NCBI RefSeq assembly: GCF_032444005.1
Contig: NC_091284.1
Span: forward strand, 768,552,001 to 768,616,000
Length of the DNA stretch: 64,000 nt
Direction of reading: 5' to 3'
Source: Ranitomeya imitator
Lineage: Eukaryota
The position numbers were made by a program, and so were the translations under genes. Below the pieces are notes generated by a model that was not told the DNA's origin, made no database searches, and saw nothing but the letters and a program-made list of their open reading frames with translations. Below, piece by piece: positions 38,229 through 49,832 of the stretch (positions are counted from its first letter, which is position 1; each line of letters begins with the position of its first letter).

Positions 38229-39014
38229 TGTTGTGAATTCTGTGGCCAAGCTCCCTCCTGTGGTCGTGAGTGGTACTGCGGCTGGTTCTGTCTATAAGCT
38301 TCCTTTGGTGGATGAGAGTGGTGCTGCGGCTTCTGAGTTTCCTTCCTCAGGTGATGAGGTTAAGTCGTTAGGTGCTGCTCTATTTGACTCCACCTGGTGC
38401 TTTGATCCTGGCCTCCAGTCAATGTTCTAGTATTGGTCGTGCTTCCTCCTGGATCGTTCCTGTGGCCTGTCTATCCTGCATAAGCTAAGTTCTGCTTATG
38501 TTATTTCTGTTTGCTATATTTTCTGTCCAGCTTGCTATATTGGTTTTTCTTGCTTGCTGGAATCTCTGAGACGCAGAGGGAGCACCTCCGTACCGTTAGT
38601 CGGTGCGGAGGGTCTTTTTGCCCCTCTGCGTGGTTGTTTGTAGGTTTTTGTGTTGACCGCAAAGCTATCTTTCCTATCCTCGGTCTATTCAGTAAGTCGG
38701 GCCTCACTTTGCTAAATCTATTTCATCTCTGTGTTTGTATTTCATCTTTACTCACAGTCATTATATGTGGGGGGCTGCCTTTTCCTTTGGGGAATTTCTC
38801 TGAGGCAAGGTAGGCTTATTTTTCTATCTTCAGGGCTAGTTAGTTTCTCAGGCTGTGCCGAGTTGCATAGGGAGCGTTAGGCGCAATCCACGGCTACCTC
38901 TAGTGTGGTGTGATAGGATTAGGGATTGCGGTCAGCAGAGTTTCCACGTCTCAGAGCTCGTCATATGTTTTTGGTAAATGTCAGGTCACTTTGTGTGCGC
39001 TGAACTTCAAGGTC
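38229..39014. mobile_element. Probable truncated solo LTR, inserted next to an older LTR-like fragment (~38040-38228, similar to 60620-60810)
   Basis: Starts TGTTGTGAATTC with LTR-like composition; no CA end or TSD seen. Confidence 0.5.
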
Positions 39015-39043
39015 TAGATCAAACTCTAGATCAAACTCTAGAT

Positions 39044-39229
39044 CAGTGTTCCTCAAGTTCGGTCCTCAAGAGCCACCAACGGGTCATGTTTTCAGGATTT
39101 CCTTAGTATGGCCCAGGTGATGGAATTATTGCCTATCTAGATGATGGAATTCTCACCTGGGCCATACTAAGGAAATCCTGAAAACATGACCCGTTGGTGG
39201 CTCTTGAGGACCGAACTTGGGGAACACTG
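39044..39229. mobile_element. hAT (Charlie-like) MITE
   Basis: TIR CAGTGTTCC(T/C)CAAGTTCGGTCCTCAAG; TSD CTCTAGAT/ATCTAGAT. Confidence 0.85.
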
Positions 39230-42063
39230 ATCTAGATCTTAGACCCTATAACGTTCACATCTCATAAATGTAAAATTTCATGAAATGGCAATTAACAGAC
39301 TAATATTTTATGATCAGTGAATAATAGTTCCAATCCACAGAATAACCCATAAATGTAATGTTTAAAGGAATTGTGCAGGGTAAGATATACCGTATGTGGA
39401 CACCTTTAAAAACATCATCACGTCTGTCCACAGGTTGAGTGTGGTATTGTAGCTAAGCCGTGTTCACTGCAATGTAGCTAGAATAATTCAATAGGTGTAA
39501 GACATAAAAAATCTATAATATATAAAGCTGAATGTGTGTATGTGTGTGTGTATGTATGTATGTCCGGGATTGGCATCTGCACCGTCGCAGCTACAGCCAC
39601 AAAATTTTGCACAGTCACACGTCTGGACCCCGATAGCGTCATAGGCTATATTGTGAGGTGAAATTTTAACCCCGCGCGTTCCAATTCACCAAACAATTTT
39701 GCCCCTATCTACATAATGGGGAAAAAAGTGAAAGGAAAAGTGTTGGAGGCGTCGCAGCTACAGCCACAACATTTTGCACAGTCACACGTCTGGACCCCAA
39801 GAGCGTCATAGTCTATGTTGTGAGGTGAAATTTTAACCCCGCGCTTTCCAATTCACCAAACTATTTTGCCCCTATCTACATAATGGGGAAAAAGTGAAAG
39901 GAAAAGTGTTGGAGTCGTCGAAGCTACAGCCACAAAATTTTGCACAGTCACACGTCTGGACCCCGAGAGCGTCATAGGCTATGTTGTGAGGCGAAATTTT
40001 AACTCCGCGCTTTCCAATTCACCAAACAATTTTGCCCCTATCTACATAATGGGAAAAAATGAAAGGAAAAGTGTTGGAGGCAAATTGACAGCTGCCAGAT
40101 GTGAACAAGGGGGACATAAAGAGTGAGAGCGATGGCGCCAAAGAGTATATACCGTACAGTTGCTAAGGTGGGGCCCCGACATGGGATACTCACCACACCC
40201 GGGGATATGAACACACACACAAAATGCACCACACACTACCACGTGCTTGAACACATATCACCCTCAGCACACATTTCACCACACATTCTCCAACCTCGCC
40301 ACATAAAAGTCGAAACACAAAAGTCGACGCTCAAAACTCGCCACGCGCAGAACTTGCCACATGCAAAAACTAGGCTCTTGCAAAACTCGCCACAAGTGCA
40401 AAAGTCACCTCATGGAAAACTCGCCACACGCAAAACTTGCACACGCGGAAAAATTGCCACATGCACAAAAGTTGCAACACATGCAAAATTTGCCTCACAC
40501 AAAACTTGCACATACTCAAAAGGCACCACACAAAACTCGCCATGCGCAAAACTTGCTGCGCACAACTTGCTACACTAACCTGTCACATGCAACTCGACAC
40601 ACAAAAAGTTGCTACACGCATGTTGCCACACAAAACTCATCTCACAAAAGTCGCTACATGCATGTCGCCACACGCAACTCAACACACACAACTTGACAAA
40701 TGAAACTCGCCCTAAAACACACACAAGTCTGGTCTTATCCTTCAAAAATAAAAATCTGATTTATAAGCAGACAAACTACAACAAATGTACCATATAGGAA
40801 ATACGGCAGCTGTCAGTCACATGACCTGTCTATTATGTGTATGTGTGAGCTAATATATACTGCCAGGGGGAGGGCTTCCTGTTGGCTGGGGCTTTATCAG
40901 GCTGCCAATTTAGCTTACAAATACTGAGGTAAAAATACTGAGCAAATAACGTGTGAACGAGGTCTAATACAGGAGGAGATGACACACAGGTATATACTAT
41001 ATACAGGGGAGATGACACACAGATATATACTATATACAGGAGAGATGACACACAAGTATATACTATATAGAGGAGGAGATGACATACAGGTACATATATA
41101 TACAGGAGGAGATGACATACAGGTATATACTATATACAGGAGGAGATGACACACAGGTATATACTATATACAGGAGCAGATGACCTACAGGTATATACTA
41201 TATACAGGAGGAGATGACATACAGGTATACGCTATATATAGAAGATGACATGCAGGTATATACTATATACAGGAGGAGATGACACACAGATATATACTAT
41301 ATACAAGGGAGATGACACACAGGTATATACTATATTCAGGAGGAGATGACATACAGGTATATACTATATATAGAAGGAGATGACATTCAGGTATATACTA
41401 TATATAGGGGAGATGACACACAGCAGGTATATAATATATACAGGGGAGATGACATACAGGTATATACTATATACAGGAGATTACATACAGATGTATACGT
41501 TGTGAGGTGCCAAGGGGAGAAGTACTAGAAAACAGATATGTTTCTCCCCGTTTCATTTCATATGTATCACGGTATTGATTGTGAAGCTGTGTATTTCTCT
41601 GTAATCCGGTCCTGGTTTCTTTAGTGATCAGCCTGAAAGCTCTGGTGCTTCCCTTCCACACATACGATCCAGCTTTTGCTTCAGCTGATATAATCAAGGA
41701 ACTGCTGGGATCTCAGTCTCTCATCTGCTGGTCTGGGAGCTGACACAGTAAGGTTGCACAACTTCTTTCTTGTTGTATAGGTTTATTTTGCAGTTAGTAT
41801 CTTGTTGTTAGTTAGTGGCCAGACGGCCTTAGACATTTTATTTCATGTTTGGCACGTGTAACATTGTACGGCAAATGTGTACAATAAATACACCTGACAC
41901 ATACCTGTGTGGAACTCGCTAGCCTGCTATTGTTCGTTGTGACTCCATAGCCACCTGCTTGGGCCAAAGCAGAGATCCCTGATGAGCTATATTCCCACAA
42001 ATGGTTTTGAGAATGCGAGCATAGTGGCTGTTGGACTGTGACTGCAGATAAAGTGCTCTGTGT

Positions 42064-43518
42064 ATGTCCTGGCTGAAAGCTCCGGTGCTTTTGAAGAGCC
42101 AAGAGTCCAGTAATATGGAGAAACTAGTGAAACAGTTATTGCAGGCAAATGTGCAACAACAGCAGACCAATACTTACTTCCAGCAAGCCCTGGACCAGCA
42201 AAACCAGATTCAGCAAGAGCAGTTGAATGCAATAAAGCAGGCTTTGATTCGGCAGCCCCGAGATGAGAGGGATCATGCACAAAGTGTTGCTGGTGCACGG
42301 AAAGCCGTACAAAAAACCCTGCTTAAAATGACTGCTGACGATGATGTAGAAGCGTATCTCACCGTATTTGAACGTATTGCAGAACGTGAGCATTTACCGG
42401 TGGACATGTGGGCTGAAGTGGTTGCGCCATTTCTGAGTGGAGATCCACAAAAGGCCTATTACGATTTAAGTGGAGTGGATGCTATGGACTATACCAAATT
42501 AAAAAGCGAAATCCTGGCAAGGCTGGGAGTAAACACATATGTACGAGCACAGAGGGTACATTTATGGACTTTTGTGGAAGATCAGCCAGCCCGCTCACAA
42601 ATGCATGATCTTATCCATCTAGTAAAAAAATGGCTGCAACCAGAGATTTTGACATCTGCAGAGATGGTGGAACGTGTTGTTCTAGACAAGTACCTGCGGT
42701 CCTTGCCCCCTAAGTTACAGAGGTGGGTTGGACAAGGTGACCCATATACAGCCGACCAGTTGGTGAATATGGTCGAACGCTACAATGCTTCCGAAAGCCT
42801 ACTCCAAGGGACGTTATCACCTCGCTGGGCTCCCAAGAAATCGCCAGAAAATACTGCGAGACCTACTTCATCTTCAAAAGAAGAGAACGTTGCAATAAAG
42901 GGTAGCAGACCCACAAAGAACTATGGAGGAGGTACAGTCTCACAGCAATTCAGCAGACCCTATCAGGCGTCTCCGGCGAGGAAGCAAGGACCTATACAAT
43001 GTTGGCGATGTCGCGGGCTTGGCCATGTAGCAGCTAACTGCCCAATGACTACAGAGCCAATGGACTGTAACGCTATGAGACGTCTTTCGTTATATGTACA
43101 GTCAGTCTGTGTTGCAGAGGTCCTCACAGGAAATGAACGACACGTGTGTTGCCTCGAGGTCGACGGCCATAGTGTGAATGCCGTCTTGGATTCCGGCAGT
43201 CAAGTAACTCTGGTACATGCCAGTTTGGTGGACCCTAGAGCCCTAACAAACTCAACCCTGGGCATTAGTTGCATCCATGGCGATATAAAAAACTACCCCA
43301 CTGCCTGGGTCACCCTTGCCACGCCAGTAGGAACCAAAAGACATCAAGCGGCAGTCCTAAAGTCTATGGGACATGATGTAATATTGGGGAGAGACTTTCC
43401 CTTATTTTGGGACTTGTGGAACCTTAAAAATGGCATGAGCACTCTAGTTGAGGAGGGTGCCGTGGGGCTAACCCCTGAGCTATTGCAGCAAGAGGGGGGG
43501 AGTCCATCTCAGAGGTAA
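42064..43518 (+). CDS. Gag-protease with SCAN-like capsid domain, CCHC knuckle and aspartic protease
   Basis: DVEAYLTVFERIA..., LVKKWLQPE...VERVVLDKYLRSLP (SCAN-like), CWRCRGLGHVAANC, VLDSGSQVTLV. Probable start is MEKLV at 42115. Confidence 0.88.
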   Translation: MSWLKAPVLLKSQESSNMEKLVKQLLQANVQQQQTNTYFQQALDQQNQIQQEQLNAIKQALIRQPRDERDHAQSVAGARKAVQKTLLKMTADDDVEAYLTVFERIAEREHLPVDMWAEVVAPFLSGDPQKAYYDLSGVDAMDYTKLKSEILARLGVNTYVRAQRVHLWTFVEDQPARSQMHDLIHLVKKWLQPEILTSAEMVERVVLDKYLRSLPPKLQRWVGQGDPYTADQLVNMVERYNASESLLQGTLSPRWAPKKSPENTARPTSSSKEENVAIKGSRPTKNYGGGTVSQQFSRPYQASPARKQGPIQCWRCRGLGHVAANCPMTTEPMDCNAMRRLSLYVQSVCVAEVLTGNERHVCCLEVDGHSVNAVLDSGSQVTLVHASLVDPRALTNSTLGISCIHGDIKNYPTAWVTLATPVGTKRHQAAVLKSMGHDVILGRDFPLFWDLWNLKNGMSTLVEEGAVGLTPELLQQEGGSPSQR

Positions 43519-43589
43519 CTCCAGAATCTGTAGACTCACCTCTGGCTGTATATGCAGGCGACGCAAGTGAACTAGAGGAGGCTATAGAA

Positions 43590-46424
43590 ATGCCAGGTCT
43601 TGAGGTGGCCCGTGGAAAGTTCGGGACCGCTCAACACCAGGACCCTACTCTGGCAAGGGCATGGGAAAATGTAAAGGTCTCTGAGGGAAGACCATTGTAC
43701 CCAGGGGTTCAAAATGAGTTCCCACACCTAGCTGTGCAACAGGGTATGCTGTATCATATAGACAAAGTGCGGGGGGTGGCGGTAGAGCAACTAGTGGTGC
43801 CCAAGTCCTTTCGCCAGGTAGTTTTGGAACTGGCACATAAACATCCCTTGGGGGGACACCTGGCTGGAGAAAAAACAAAACACCGTATTCTGCAGCGTTT
43901 CTTTTGGCCGGGTCTAGGGGGGGACGTGACCCGGTATTGTCAGTCCTGTCCTACGTGTCAATTGACCACACCTATGTCACATTTTAGAAGCCCCCTTGTG
44001 CCCTTACCAATAATAGAGGTGCCCTTCGAGAGGATAGCAATGGATATAGTGGGTCCATTAGTTAAATCTGCCAGGGGACATCAGTACATTTTGGTAGTAC
44101 TAGATTATGCCACTCGTTACCCTGAAGCAGTGCCTCTGCGGAATGCCAATGCGAAAGCAATTTCAAAGGAGCTTGTTAATATGTTTTCTCGCACCGGCAT
44201 TCCGAAAGAAATACTAATAGATCAGGGAACCCCCTTTATGTCTCGAATACTTAAGGACTTGTGTAAGCTACTAAAAATCTCCCACTTGCGTACTTCAGTA
44301 TATCACCCTCAGACTGACGGGTTGGTGGAGCGATTTAATAAAACCCTGAAGGGAATGTTGAAAAGGGTGGTAGATAAGGACGGGAGGGATTGGGATGCTC
44401 TCCTACCATATCTCCTGTTCGCTATACGGGAAGTACCCCAATCCTCCACAGGCTTTTCGCCTTTTGAGTTAGTTTATGGGCGATGTCCTAGAGGCCTGTT
44501 AGATATTGCTAAAGAGACTTGGGAACAAGAGGTGACTCCTTATCGCAGTGTAATTGAACACGTAATGCTTATGCAAGATAGAATTGAGGCGGTCATGCCA
44601 ATAGTTAAAGAATGTTTAGAACGTGCGCAACAGGCCCAAAGCACGGTATATAACCGAGCGGCTAAAACACGAGTCTTTCAACCCGGAGACAGGGTGTTAG
44701 TATTGGTACCCACTGTAGAAAATAAATTTCTTGCGAAGTGGCAGGGCCCATACGAGGTGTTGGAGAGAATAGGTGAAGTGAATTATAAGATATATCAACC
44801 AGACAAGAGGAAAACCGAACAAATCTACCACATAAACTTGCTTAAGGCCTGGCGGGATAGGGAGAGTCTAATGACAAAAGCCACCCTTAATGATGGACCT
44901 CGTAGGGCACCCCCATCTGTGGTAAATGACCCCCAGGTAGCATTGCCAGAGGTGGGTATTGCAGAGACACTATCCGAAAGTCAGAAACGAGAGACTAAGG
45001 AATTTATACAGAAAAACGCAGAGGTTTTTTCAGAGCTTCCTGGTCGTACTCACTTAATTAAACACGACATTGTTACTGATCCACAGGTCCGTGTACGACT
45101 AAAACCATATCGAATTCCGGAGGCTCGGAGACAAGCCATTGCCCAGGAAGTCGAGAAAATGTTAGAACTTGGAGTCATTGAAGAGTCCCGGAGTGATTGG
45201 GCTAGCCCAATCGTGCTAGTGCCCAAACCCGATGGGACTATTAGGTTTTGTAATGATTTTCGGAAATTAAATGAGGTATCAAAATTCGATGCCTACCCGA
45301 TGCCGAGAGTTGATGAACTTATAGAGAGACTGGGTTCGGCCAGGTACATATCTACTATCGACTTAACAAAAGGTTATTGGCAGATTCCCCTCACGGATTC
45401 AGCCAAAGAGAAAACGGCCTTTGTAACGCCCCAGGGACTGTTCCAGTACCGTGATATGCCATTTGGGTTGCATGGTGCTGCAGCCACCTTCCAACGTCTA
45501 ATAGATATTGTCCTTAAACCCCACGTCCGGTATGCGTCCGCATACTTGGACGATATCATTGTCTTTAGTGATGACTGGGACACACATTTGTCAAAAGTAC
45601 AAGCCGTCTTAGACTCGATAAAAACTGCTGGGTTAACTGCCAATCCTAAGAAATGTACCTTGGGATTGGAAGAGGCTCGCTATCTGGGATATAGCATAGG
45701 GCGAGGAGTCGTAAAGCCACAGACCAATAAAGTGGACGCTATTCAGAATTGGCCACGACCGGTCAACAAAAAACAGGTCGGAGCCTTTTTAGGGATCGTT
45801 GGCTATTATAGGCGCTTCATTAAAAATGTTGCCACCATCGCGGCCCCTCTCACAGAGCTTACCAAGGGCTCAAAATCTATCACAATAAAGTGGAACGCAG
45901 AAGCAGAGAAGGCCTTTCAGTATTTGAAAACGGTCCTCTGTGACCAACCAGTGTTGGTTGCCCCTGACTTTAAACGGGAGTTTATTGTCCAAACGGACGC
46001 CTCTGGTGTCGGCCTCGGTGCAGTGTTGTCACAGGAAGTGAATGGCGAGGAACACCCAGTAAGCTATCTGAGTAGGAAGCTTACCAGGGCAGAAAAGAAT
46101 TATAGCGTGGTTGAGCGCGAAGCCCTGGCTGTGAAATGGGCCCTATTCGCCTTACGCTATTATTTACTAGGTCGCCAATTTAGGCTAGTAATGGACCATT
46201 CACCCCTAACATGGATGTCCCGCGCAAAAGAGGGCAATGCGAGGGTGACACGCTGGTTCTTGGCATTACAACCTTTTAACTTTTCCGTTGAGCACAGAGC
46301 AGGCGCAGCGCACGGGAATGCAGATGCGTTATCCAGAACACACTGCTTAGTGACTCATCTGGCCGGCCCTACAGGCTCGAACATAGGAAGGGGGTATGTG
46401 AGGTGCCAAGGGGAGAAGTACTAG
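43590..46424 (+). CDS. Pol: integrase - reverse transcriptase - RNase H (Gmr1 order)
   Basis: HKHPLGGH...CQSCPTC, AMDIVGP/IDQGTPF/GLVERFN, KWQGPY, IRFCNDFRKLN, YLDDII, QTDASG, ADALSR; no stops; the frame stays open upstream to 43479. Confidence 0.92.
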   Translation: MPGLEVARGKFGTAQHQDPTLARAWENVKVSEGRPLYPGVQNEFPHLAVQQGMLYHIDKVRGVAVEQLVVPKSFRQVVLELAHKHPLGGHLAGEKTKHRILQRFFWPGLGGDVTRYCQSCPTCQLTTPMSHFRSPLVPLPIIEVPFERIAMDIVGPLVKSARGHQYILVVLDYATRYPEAVPLRNANAKAISKELVNMFSRTGIPKEILIDQGTPFMSRILKDLCKLLKISHLRTSVYHPQTDGLVERFNKTLKGMLKRVVDKDGRDWDALLPYLLFAIREVPQSSTGFSPFELVYGRCPRGLLDIAKETWEQEVTPYRSVIEHVMLMQDRIEAVMPIVKECLERAQQAQSTVYNRAAKTRVFQPGDRVLVLVPTVENKFLAKWQGPYEVLERIGEVNYKIYQPDKRKTEQIYHINLLKAWRDRESLMTKATLNDGPRRAPPSVVNDPQVALPEVGIAETLSESQKRETKEFIQKNAEVFSELPGRTHLIKHDIVTDPQVRVRLKPYRIPEARRQAIAQEVEKMLELGVIEESRSDWASPIVLVPKPDGTIRFCNDFRKLNEVSKFDAYPMPRVDELIERLGSARYISTIDLTKGYWQIPLTDSAKEKTAFVTPQGLFQYRDMPFGLHGAAATFQRLIDIVLKPHVRYASAYLDDIIVFSDDWDTHLSKVQAVLDSIKTAGLTANPKKCTLGLEEARYLGYSIGRGVVKPQTNKVDAIQNWPRPVNKKQVGAFLGIVGYYRRFIKNVATIAAPLTELTKGSKSITIKWNAEAEKAFQYLKTVLCDQPVLVAPDFKREFIVQTDASGVGLGAVLSQEVNGEEHPVSYLSRKLTRAEKNYSVVEREALAVKWALFALRYYLLGRQFRLVMDHSPLTWMSRAKEGNARVTRWFLALQPFNFSVEHRAGAAHGNADALSRTHCLVTHLAGPTGSNIGRGYVRCQGEKY

Positions 46425-47231
46425 AAAAGAGATATGTTTCTCCCCGTTTCATTTCATATGTATCACGGTATTGATTGTGAAGCTGTTTATTTCTCTGTAA
46501 TCCGGTCCTGGTTTCTTTAGTGATCAGCCTGAAAGCTCTGGTGCTTCCCTTCCACACATACGATCCAGCTTTTGCTTCAGCTGATATAATCAAGGAACTG
46601 CTGGGATCTCAGTCTCTCATCTGCTGGTCTGGGAGCTGACACAGTAAGGTTGCACAAACTTCTTTCTTGTTGTATAGGTTTATTTTGCAGTTAGTATCTT
46701 GTTGTTAGTTAGTGGCCAGACGGCCTTAGACATTTTATTTCATGTTTGGCACGTGTAACATTGTACGGCAAATGTGTACAATAAATACACCTGACACATA
46801 CCTGTGTGGAACTCGCTAGCCTGCTATTGTTCGTTGTGACTCCATAGCCACCTGCTTGGGCCAAAGCAGAGATCCCTGATGAGCTATATTCCCACAACGT
46901 ATACTATATATAAGGGAGATGACAAACATGTATATACTGAGGTGATGAGGTAAAAATGAGAGGTGTGAGGTGAAAATGAAAAGGTGTGAGTGCAAAATGA
47001 GAGGAGTGAGGAAAAATAATGGAGTGATCAGAAAATGACAGATGTGAGGTTGAAATGACAAGTGTTAGGGGGGAATGAGAGGAGTGAGGGAGAAAATGAG
47101 AGGTGTGAGGGGGGAAAATGAAAGATGTGATTGGGAAAATAAGAGGCGTGATGGGAAAATAAGAGAAGTGAGGTGCTATAACTAACCACAGATATTTACT
47201 ATGCCCAGGCAACGCCGGGCTCTTCAGCTAG

Positions 47232-49832
47232 TCTAATATATAAAGCTGAATGTGTGTGTGTATGTGTGTGTGTGTGTGTGTGTATGTATGTGTGTATGTC
47301 CGGGATTGGCATCTGAACCGTCGCATCTATAGCCACAAAATTTTGCACAGTCACACGTCTGGACCCCGAGAGCGTCATAGGCTATGTTGTGAGGTGAAAT
47401 TTTAACCCCGCGCGTTCCAATTCACCAAACAATTTTGCCCCTATCTACATAATGGGGAAAAAAGTGAAAGGAAAAGTGTTGGAAGCGTCGCAGCTACAGC
47501 AACAAACTTTTGCACAGTCACACGTCTGGACCCTGAGAGCGTCATAGGCTACGTTGTGAGGTGAAATTTTAACCCCGCGCTTTCCAATTCACCAAACTAT
47601 TTTGCCCCTATCTACATAATGGGGAAAAAGTGAAAGGAAAAGTGTTGGAAGCGTCGCAGCTACAGCAACAAAATTTTGCACAGTCACACGTCTGGACCCT
47701 GAGAGCGTCATAGGCTACGTTGTGAGGTGAAATTTTAACCCCGCGCTTTCCAATTCACCAAACTATTTTGCCCCTATCTACATAATGCGGAAAAAGTGAA
47801 AGGAAAAGTGTTGGAAGCGTCGCAGCTACAGCAACAAAATTTTGCACAGTCACACGTCTGGACCCTGAGAGCGTCATAGGCTATGTTGTGAGGTGAAATT
47901 TTAACCCTGCGCTTTCCAATTCACCAAACTATTTTTCCCCTATCTACATAATGGGGAAAAGTGAAAGGAGAAGTGTTGGAGGCAAATTGACAGCTGCCAG
48001 ATGTGAACAAGGGGGACTTAAAGAGTGAGAGCGATGGCGCCAAAGAGTATATACCGTACAGTTGCTAAGGTGCGACCCCGACATGGGATACTCACCACAC
48101 ACGGGGATATGAACACACAAAATGCGCCACACACTACCACATGCTTGAACACATATACCACCCTCAGCACACATTTCACCACACATACACCAACCTCGCC
48201 ACATAAGTCGAAACACAAAAGTCGCCGCTCAAAACTCACCACGCGCAAAACTCGCCACATGCAAAATATAGGCTCACGCAAAACTCGCCACAAGTGCAAA
48301 ACTCACCTCATGGAAAACTCGCCACACGCAAAACTTGCACATGCGGAAAAATTGCCACATGCACAAAATTTGCAACACATGCAAAAGTTGCCTCACACAA
48401 AACTTGCACATACTCAAAAGGCACCACACATAAAACTCACCATGCGCAAAACTCGCCATGCGCAAAACTTGCTGCACACAACTTGCTACACTAACCTGTC
48501 ACATGCAACTCGACACACAAAAAGTTGCTACACGCATGTCGCCACACAAAACTTATCTCACAAAAGTCGCTACATGCATGTCGCCACACACAACTCAACA
48601 CACACAACTTGACAAACGAAACTCGCCCTAAAACACACACAAGTCTGGTATTAGCCTTCAAAAATAAAATTCTGATTAATAAGCAGACAAACTACAAGAG
48701 CAACAAATGTACCATATAGGAAATACGGCAGCTGTCAGTCACATAACCTGTCTATTATGTGTATGTGTGAGCTAATATATACTGCCAGGGGGAGGGCTTC
48801 CTGTTGGCTGGGGATTTATCAGGCTGCCAATTTATCTTACAAATACTGAGGTAAAAATACTGAGCAAATAACGTGTTAACGAGGTCTAATACAGGAGATC
48901 ACACAGGTATATACTATATACAGGGGAGATGACACACAGATATATACTATATACAGGAGAGATGACACACAGGTATATACTATATAAAGGAGGAGATGAC
49001 ATACAGGTACATACTATATACAGGAGGAGATGACATACAGGTATATACTATATACAGGAGGAGATGACACACAGGTATATACTATATACAGGAGCAGATT
49101 ACCTACAGGTATATACTATATACAGGAGGAGATGACATACAGGTATATGCTATATATAGAAGATGACATACAGGTATATACTATATACAGGAGGAGATGA
49201 CATACAGATATATACTATATACAGGGGAGATGTCACACAGGTATATACTATATACAGGAGGAGATGACATACAGGTATATACTATATATAGAAGGAGATG
49301 ACATACAGGTATATACTATATATAGGAGATGACATACAGGTATATACTATATATAGGAGGAGATGACATACAGGTATATACTATATATAGGAGGAGATGA
49401 CATACAGGTATATACTATATACAGGGTAGATTACACACAGCAGGCATATACTATATACAGGGGAGATGACATACAGGTATATACTATATACAGGAGATGA
49501 CATACAGGTGTATACTATATATAAGGGAGATGACAAACATGTATATACTGAGGTGAAAATGAGAGGTGTGAGGTGAAAATGAAAGGTGTGAGTGCAAAAT
49601 GAGAGGAGTGAGGGAAAATAGTGTAGTGATCGGAAAATGACAGATGTGAGGTCGAAATGACAAGTGTTAGGAAGGAATGAGAGGAGTGAGGGAGAAAATG
49701 AGAGATGTGAGGGGGAAAATTAAAGATGTGATTGGGAAAATGAGAGGCGTGATGGGTAAATAAGAGAAGTGACGTGCTATAACTAACCACAGATATTTAC
49801 TATGCCCAGGCAACGCCGGGCTCTTCAGCTAG
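47232..49832 (+). mobile_element. Non-autonomous Helitron unit 2 (head-to-tail with unit 1)
   Basis: CTAG|TCTAATATATAAAGCTG start; same layout with four ~166-bp subrepeats; same hairpin+CTAG end. Confidence 0.85.

Larger units (their letters stand above)
41501..46896 (+). mobile_element. Gmr1-like Ty3/Gypsy LTR retrotransposon, young and nearly intact
   Basis: LTRs 41501-41999 and 46397-46896 (2 substitutions, 1 indel), TSD ACGT, degenerate tRNA-Ala-like PBS (TGGTTTTGAGAATGCGAGCAT), PPT GGAAGGGGG, pol with integrase before RT. Confidence 0.95.
39512..47231 (+). mobile_element. Non-autonomous Helitron unit 1 (interrupted by the Gmr1-like element)
   Basis: A|TC 5' end (TCTATAATATATAAAGCTG); 3' hairpin GCCCAGGCAACGCCGGGC then CTAG|T; no TSD; three ~166-bp subrepeats and ~30-bp TATACTATATACAGG repeats. 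Confidence 0.82.

Noticed and set aside
40123-40703. His/Lys/Thr-rich ORFs (also 48025-48612) as possible captured genes
   Set aside because: Translations of AAAACTCGCCACA-type degenerate repeats; frames are not conserved between the two Helitron units.
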